Positions 61,149 to 64,000 of a DNA stretch of 64,000 nt are shown in pieces. The DNA lies in the NCBI GenBank assembly GCA_963796105.1, contig CAWCKJ010000006.1:32001-96000 (forward strand). The letters run 5' to 3'. A program made the translations under genes and the position numbers. The DNA comes from a candidate division FCPU426 bacterium. Lineage in GTDB: Bacteria; Oederibacteriota; Muellerivitia; Muellerivitales; Muellerivitaceae. Under the pieces are notes generated by a model. That model had not been told where the DNA came from, did not search any database, and was given only the letters and a program-made list of their open reading frames with translations. The number at the start of each line of letters is the position of its first letter. Positions within the stretch are counted from its first letter, which is position 1.

Positions 61149-62846
61149 ATGGATTGGCCGTGGCTCTCTTCCTATGACCAGGGCGTCTCCCCTACACTCA
61201 ACTACCCCGAAACAGTCCTTCCCGACTTATTGGAGCAAACCGCTTCCCGCTTTCCTGACGTGGCGGCCCTATACTATTTCGGTTTCCGGATGTCCTACAA
61301 GAAGTTGAACGAGGAAGTCAACCGCTTCGCCAACCTGCTGATCCAGGAGGGGGTCCAACCGGGGGACCGGGTGGCCCTTTACCTTCCGAATTGCCCCCCG
61401 GCGGTCATCTCCTTTTTCGGGGCTTTGCGCGCGGGAGCTATCGTCACCCAGCTCAATCCCATGAATTCCTCGCATGAAACCGCCTTCCAGTTGAAAGATT
61501 CTGGGGCCAAATTCGTTGTGGCCCTGGACCGATTCGGGTCCATCCTGGTGCAGGTAGCGGCGGAATGCGGTTTGAAAAAAGTCTGGCTGACCCGCATCAA
61601 CGATTACTTTCCTGCTCCCTTGAAGTGGTTCTTTCCCCTGAAGGCCATGTTGAGCAAAACCTGGATTGAATGGCCTTCCGGTCCCCTCTTTCATAGTTTT
61701 GTCCAGGAATTGAAAGGTTCGCCTAAAAAAACCTTATGGATGCCCTTGGCGTTGGATGAAACGGCCCTGCTTCAATACACGGGAGGCACAACCGGCGTCG
61801 CCAAGGGGGTCATGCTGAGCCACAGGAACCTGGTGGTGAACGCCAGCCAATGCCGCCAATGGCTACCGGGCGTGGCGGAAGGGAAGGAAGTTTTCATGGT
61901 GGTCATTCCCATTTTTCATTGCTACGGAATGACCGTGGGTATGAACTGGGCGGTCATGATGGGAGGGACCATGGTCCTGGAGCCCAAATTCGACGTCAAA
62001 AGGATTTTCCGCGAAATCCAGAAATACAAAGTGACTCTTTTTCCCGGAATCCAGGCCATGTATGTGGCCGTCAATAACCACCCGGACGCGAAAAAATTCA
62101 ACCTGAAAAGCATCAGGGCCTGCCTTTCAGGGGCGGGACCCCTTCACCAGGAAGTCCAGACCAAGTTCGAGGGCTTGACGGGAGGCAAATTGGTGGAAGG
62201 TTACGGCCTGACCGAGGCTTCTCCCGTGACTCACTGCAATCCCTTTTTCGGAAGGCGCAAAATCGGGTTTATCGGAGTTCCTCTCCCCGGGACGGAATCG
62301 AAGATCGTGGATTTGGAGACTGGGACCAAAGATTTGAAACCGGGTGAAATCGGGGAAATAGTGCTGAGAGGACCCCAAGTCATGAAAGGTTATTGGAACA
62401 ATCCAAGTGAAACAGCCCTTGTCCTGAGAAATGGGTGGCTCTATACCGGGGATATCGGTTCCATGGATGAAGAGGGCTTTTTCAAGGTGGTGGACCGCAA
62501 AAAGGACATGGTGAAGATGGGCGGGGAGAATGTGTATCCCAGGGAGGTAGAGGAGGTCCTTTATCAAAACGAAAAAGTCCGGGAATGCGCCGTGGCAGGC
62601 GTGCCTGATCCCATCCTGGTGGAAAAACTAAAAGCCTACGTGGTCCTGAAGCCGGAAATGAAAGCGGAACCCCAGGAAATTATCGATTATTGCAAGGGAA
62701 GGATCGCTAAATACAAGGTCCCCAAGGAAGTGGAGTTTAGGGATTCTCTCCCCCAAAACCTGGCGGGCAAAATGCTTCGGCGTCAATTAGTGGATGACGA
62801 AAGGAAGAAAGTCCAGGATTTGAAGAAAGACTCATCAAGCAATTAA
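61149..62846 (+). CDS. fadD: Long-chain fatty acid--CoA ligase
   Basis: YTGGTTGVAKG, EGYGLTEASP, GWLYTGD, DRKKD, VYPREVE; GGAGG RBS before ATG 61149. Confidence 0.9.
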   Translation: MDWPWLSSYDQGVSPTLNYPETVLPDLLEQTASRFPDVAALYYFGFRMSYKKLNEEVNRFANLLIQEGVQPGDRVALYLPNCPPAVISFFGALRAGAIVTQLNPMNSSHETAFQLKDSGAKFVVALDRFGSILVQVAAECGLKKVWLTRINDYFPAPLKWFFPLKAMLSKTWIEWPSGPLFHSFVQELKGSPKKTLWMPLALDETALLQYTGGTTGVAKGVMLSHRNLVVNASQCRQWLPGVAEGKEVFMVVIPIFHCYGMTVGMNWAVMMGGTMVLEPKFDVKRIFREIQKYKVTLFPGIQAMYVAVNNHPDAKKFNLKSIRACLSGAGPLHQEVQTKFEGLTGGKLVEGYGLTEASPVTHCNPFFGRRKIGFIGVPLPGTESKIVDLETGTKDLKPGEIGEIVLRGPQVMKGYWNNPSETALVLRNGWLYTGDIGSMDEEGFFKVVDRKKDMVKMGGENVYPREVEEVLYQNEKVRECAVAGVPDPILVEKLKAYVVLKPEMKAEPQEIIDYCKGRIAKYKVPKEVEFRDSLPQNLAGKMLRRQLVDDERKKVQDLKKDSSSN

Positions 62847-62981
62847 GATGGTTGAAGGATAATTCCGTTTTTTCCACCCGGCGAATGACAGTTGTTGACC
62901 GGCTGATTTCAGGCCCCGGCCAAGTGGCGATTCGAAGGATCGTCCCTTGACGGCCACCATTTAGGCGAATAGTATTTTCTT

Positions 62982-63830
62982 ATGCCCCATAAAATTAAAA
63001 AGAATTCATCCAAATTTCTGACCCTTGAGCAGCTTCGGAAGAAGCGCTTGAAAAACCGTTATAAGATCGGTTTAGCCCTTTGCGGCGGCGTGGTCCACGG
63101 CCTTTCGCAAATCGGTGTTTTAAAAGTCCTCGAAAAGGCCGGGATTAGGATTGACTGCCTGGCGGGAACCAGTTCCGGTTCCATCATCGCGGCGGCTTAT
63201 GCCTCCGGCCTTCCGATTTCACGTATCGAGGAAATCGCGACCCACACTACCTGGAAAGAACTATTCTCCATCCGCCCCCCTTTCCGGCAAGGGCTTGTTT
63301 CCTCGGGACCTATCGAGGAGTACATTCGGAAATATTTCAAGGTGGCGACCTTTGAGGAGCTTAAAAAACCCCTGGCGGTTGTCGCGTCCGATATCTGCAC
63401 GGGGGAAGAGGTGATTTTCACCAGCGGGGCATTGGATAAGGCCGTAAGGGCCTCTTGCTCCATTCCGGGCATCTACAGCCCGGTGGAAATGGAAGGCAGA
63501 CAGCTCGTGGACGGTGGAATGGCGGAGAACGTACCGGTTCACGCCTTGCGGAGCCTGGGGGCCGACGTGGTCATCGCGGTGAACGTTTTCGGCCACCATC
63601 AGGTTTTCCCCCCTGCCTCCAATGTTTTCCAGATCCTGATGCGGGTTTGGTATTTCTTTGTCCAGGAGGAAACTACCTGGCGCGACCATGTGGACATCCT
63701 TATTGAACCTGACCTGAGGGCCTATGACCTTTTCGACTTCAAGGACGCCAAGGCGGCTATCGCGACCGGGGAAAAGGAAACCAAGCGCCATTTAACAAGA
63801 ATTAAACAAATCGTCCGAAGCCGTTCTTAA
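62982..63830 (+). CDS. Patatin-like phospholipase
   Basis: GLALCGG, GTSSG (GxSxG), ASCSIPG, DGG. Confidence 0.9.
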   Translation: MPHKIKKNSSKFLTLEQLRKKRLKNRYKIGLALCGGVVHGLSQIGVLKVLEKAGIRIDCLAGTSSGSIIAAAYASGLPISRIEEIATHTTWKELFSIRPPFRQGLVSSGPIEEYIRKYFKVATFEELKKPLAVVASDICTGEEVIFTSGALDKAVRASCSIPGIYSPVEMEGRQLVDGGMAENVPVHALRSLGADVVIAVNVFGHHQVFPPASNVFQILMRVWYFFVQEETTWRDHVDILIEPDLRAYDLFDFKDAKAAIATGEKETKRHLTRIKQIVRSRS

Positions 63831-64000
63831 ATGAAGGACTAAAATCGATCCCGGGTTTTTCCTTTAAATTTCTCGACTTTGATAAATTCAATCTGGACGC
63901 ACTACATCTCCCCCTCTGAAAGAGGGGGAATAAGGGGGAGTTAGTCTTTTCTTGCTGCTTTGCCAAAGGCTAAAACCCCCCTATCCAACAGCCTCATAGG

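Overview
Bacterial chromosomal window from a diderm (LPS-producing) organism. Left to right: (1) an LPS/glycan block with the lpxK 3' end, five GT9 heptosyltransferase paralogues, one GT4, an embedded ilvE, two polytopic GT-C-like membrane proteins and bioB; (2) two giant secreted Thr/Pro-repeat proteins, one carrying a GH5 domain, with PNP-type C-terminal sorting-like domains, and a third such protein at 40.1-43.9 kb; (3) a sulfur amino-acid operon (yezD-like, metY, cysK, metX, metW) preceded by two tandem copies of an RNA attenuator-like motif I cannot assign; (4) hppA, LuxR/radical SAM and msrA; (5) an accessory island at about 44.6-58.4 kb; (6) cupin, NFACT/RqcH, acyl-CoA ligase and patatin. 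The most notable feature is in the island. Four identical 37-bp hairpin repeats (CCTGCACATGGCTGTCGCAAAAAGGATGGTGTGCAAC) delimit 1.3-1.6 kb AT-rich gene cassettes. Each cassette has a homologous unannotated leader ORF coupled to a different secreted-protein gene, followed by the cut-off 5' end of the next gene (clear in two cassettes, possible in the third). The array lies next to an inverted-repeat-flanked Y1 HUH (RAYT-like) transposase and is followed by three distinct AAC-cored tandem arrays, one interrupted by IS21. It looks like a CRISPR- or integron-like gene-capture array with gene-sized spacers, possibly stocking immunity genes. No cas gene or integron integrase is present in the window. 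All calls are by eye from sequence and motifs; no searches were run.
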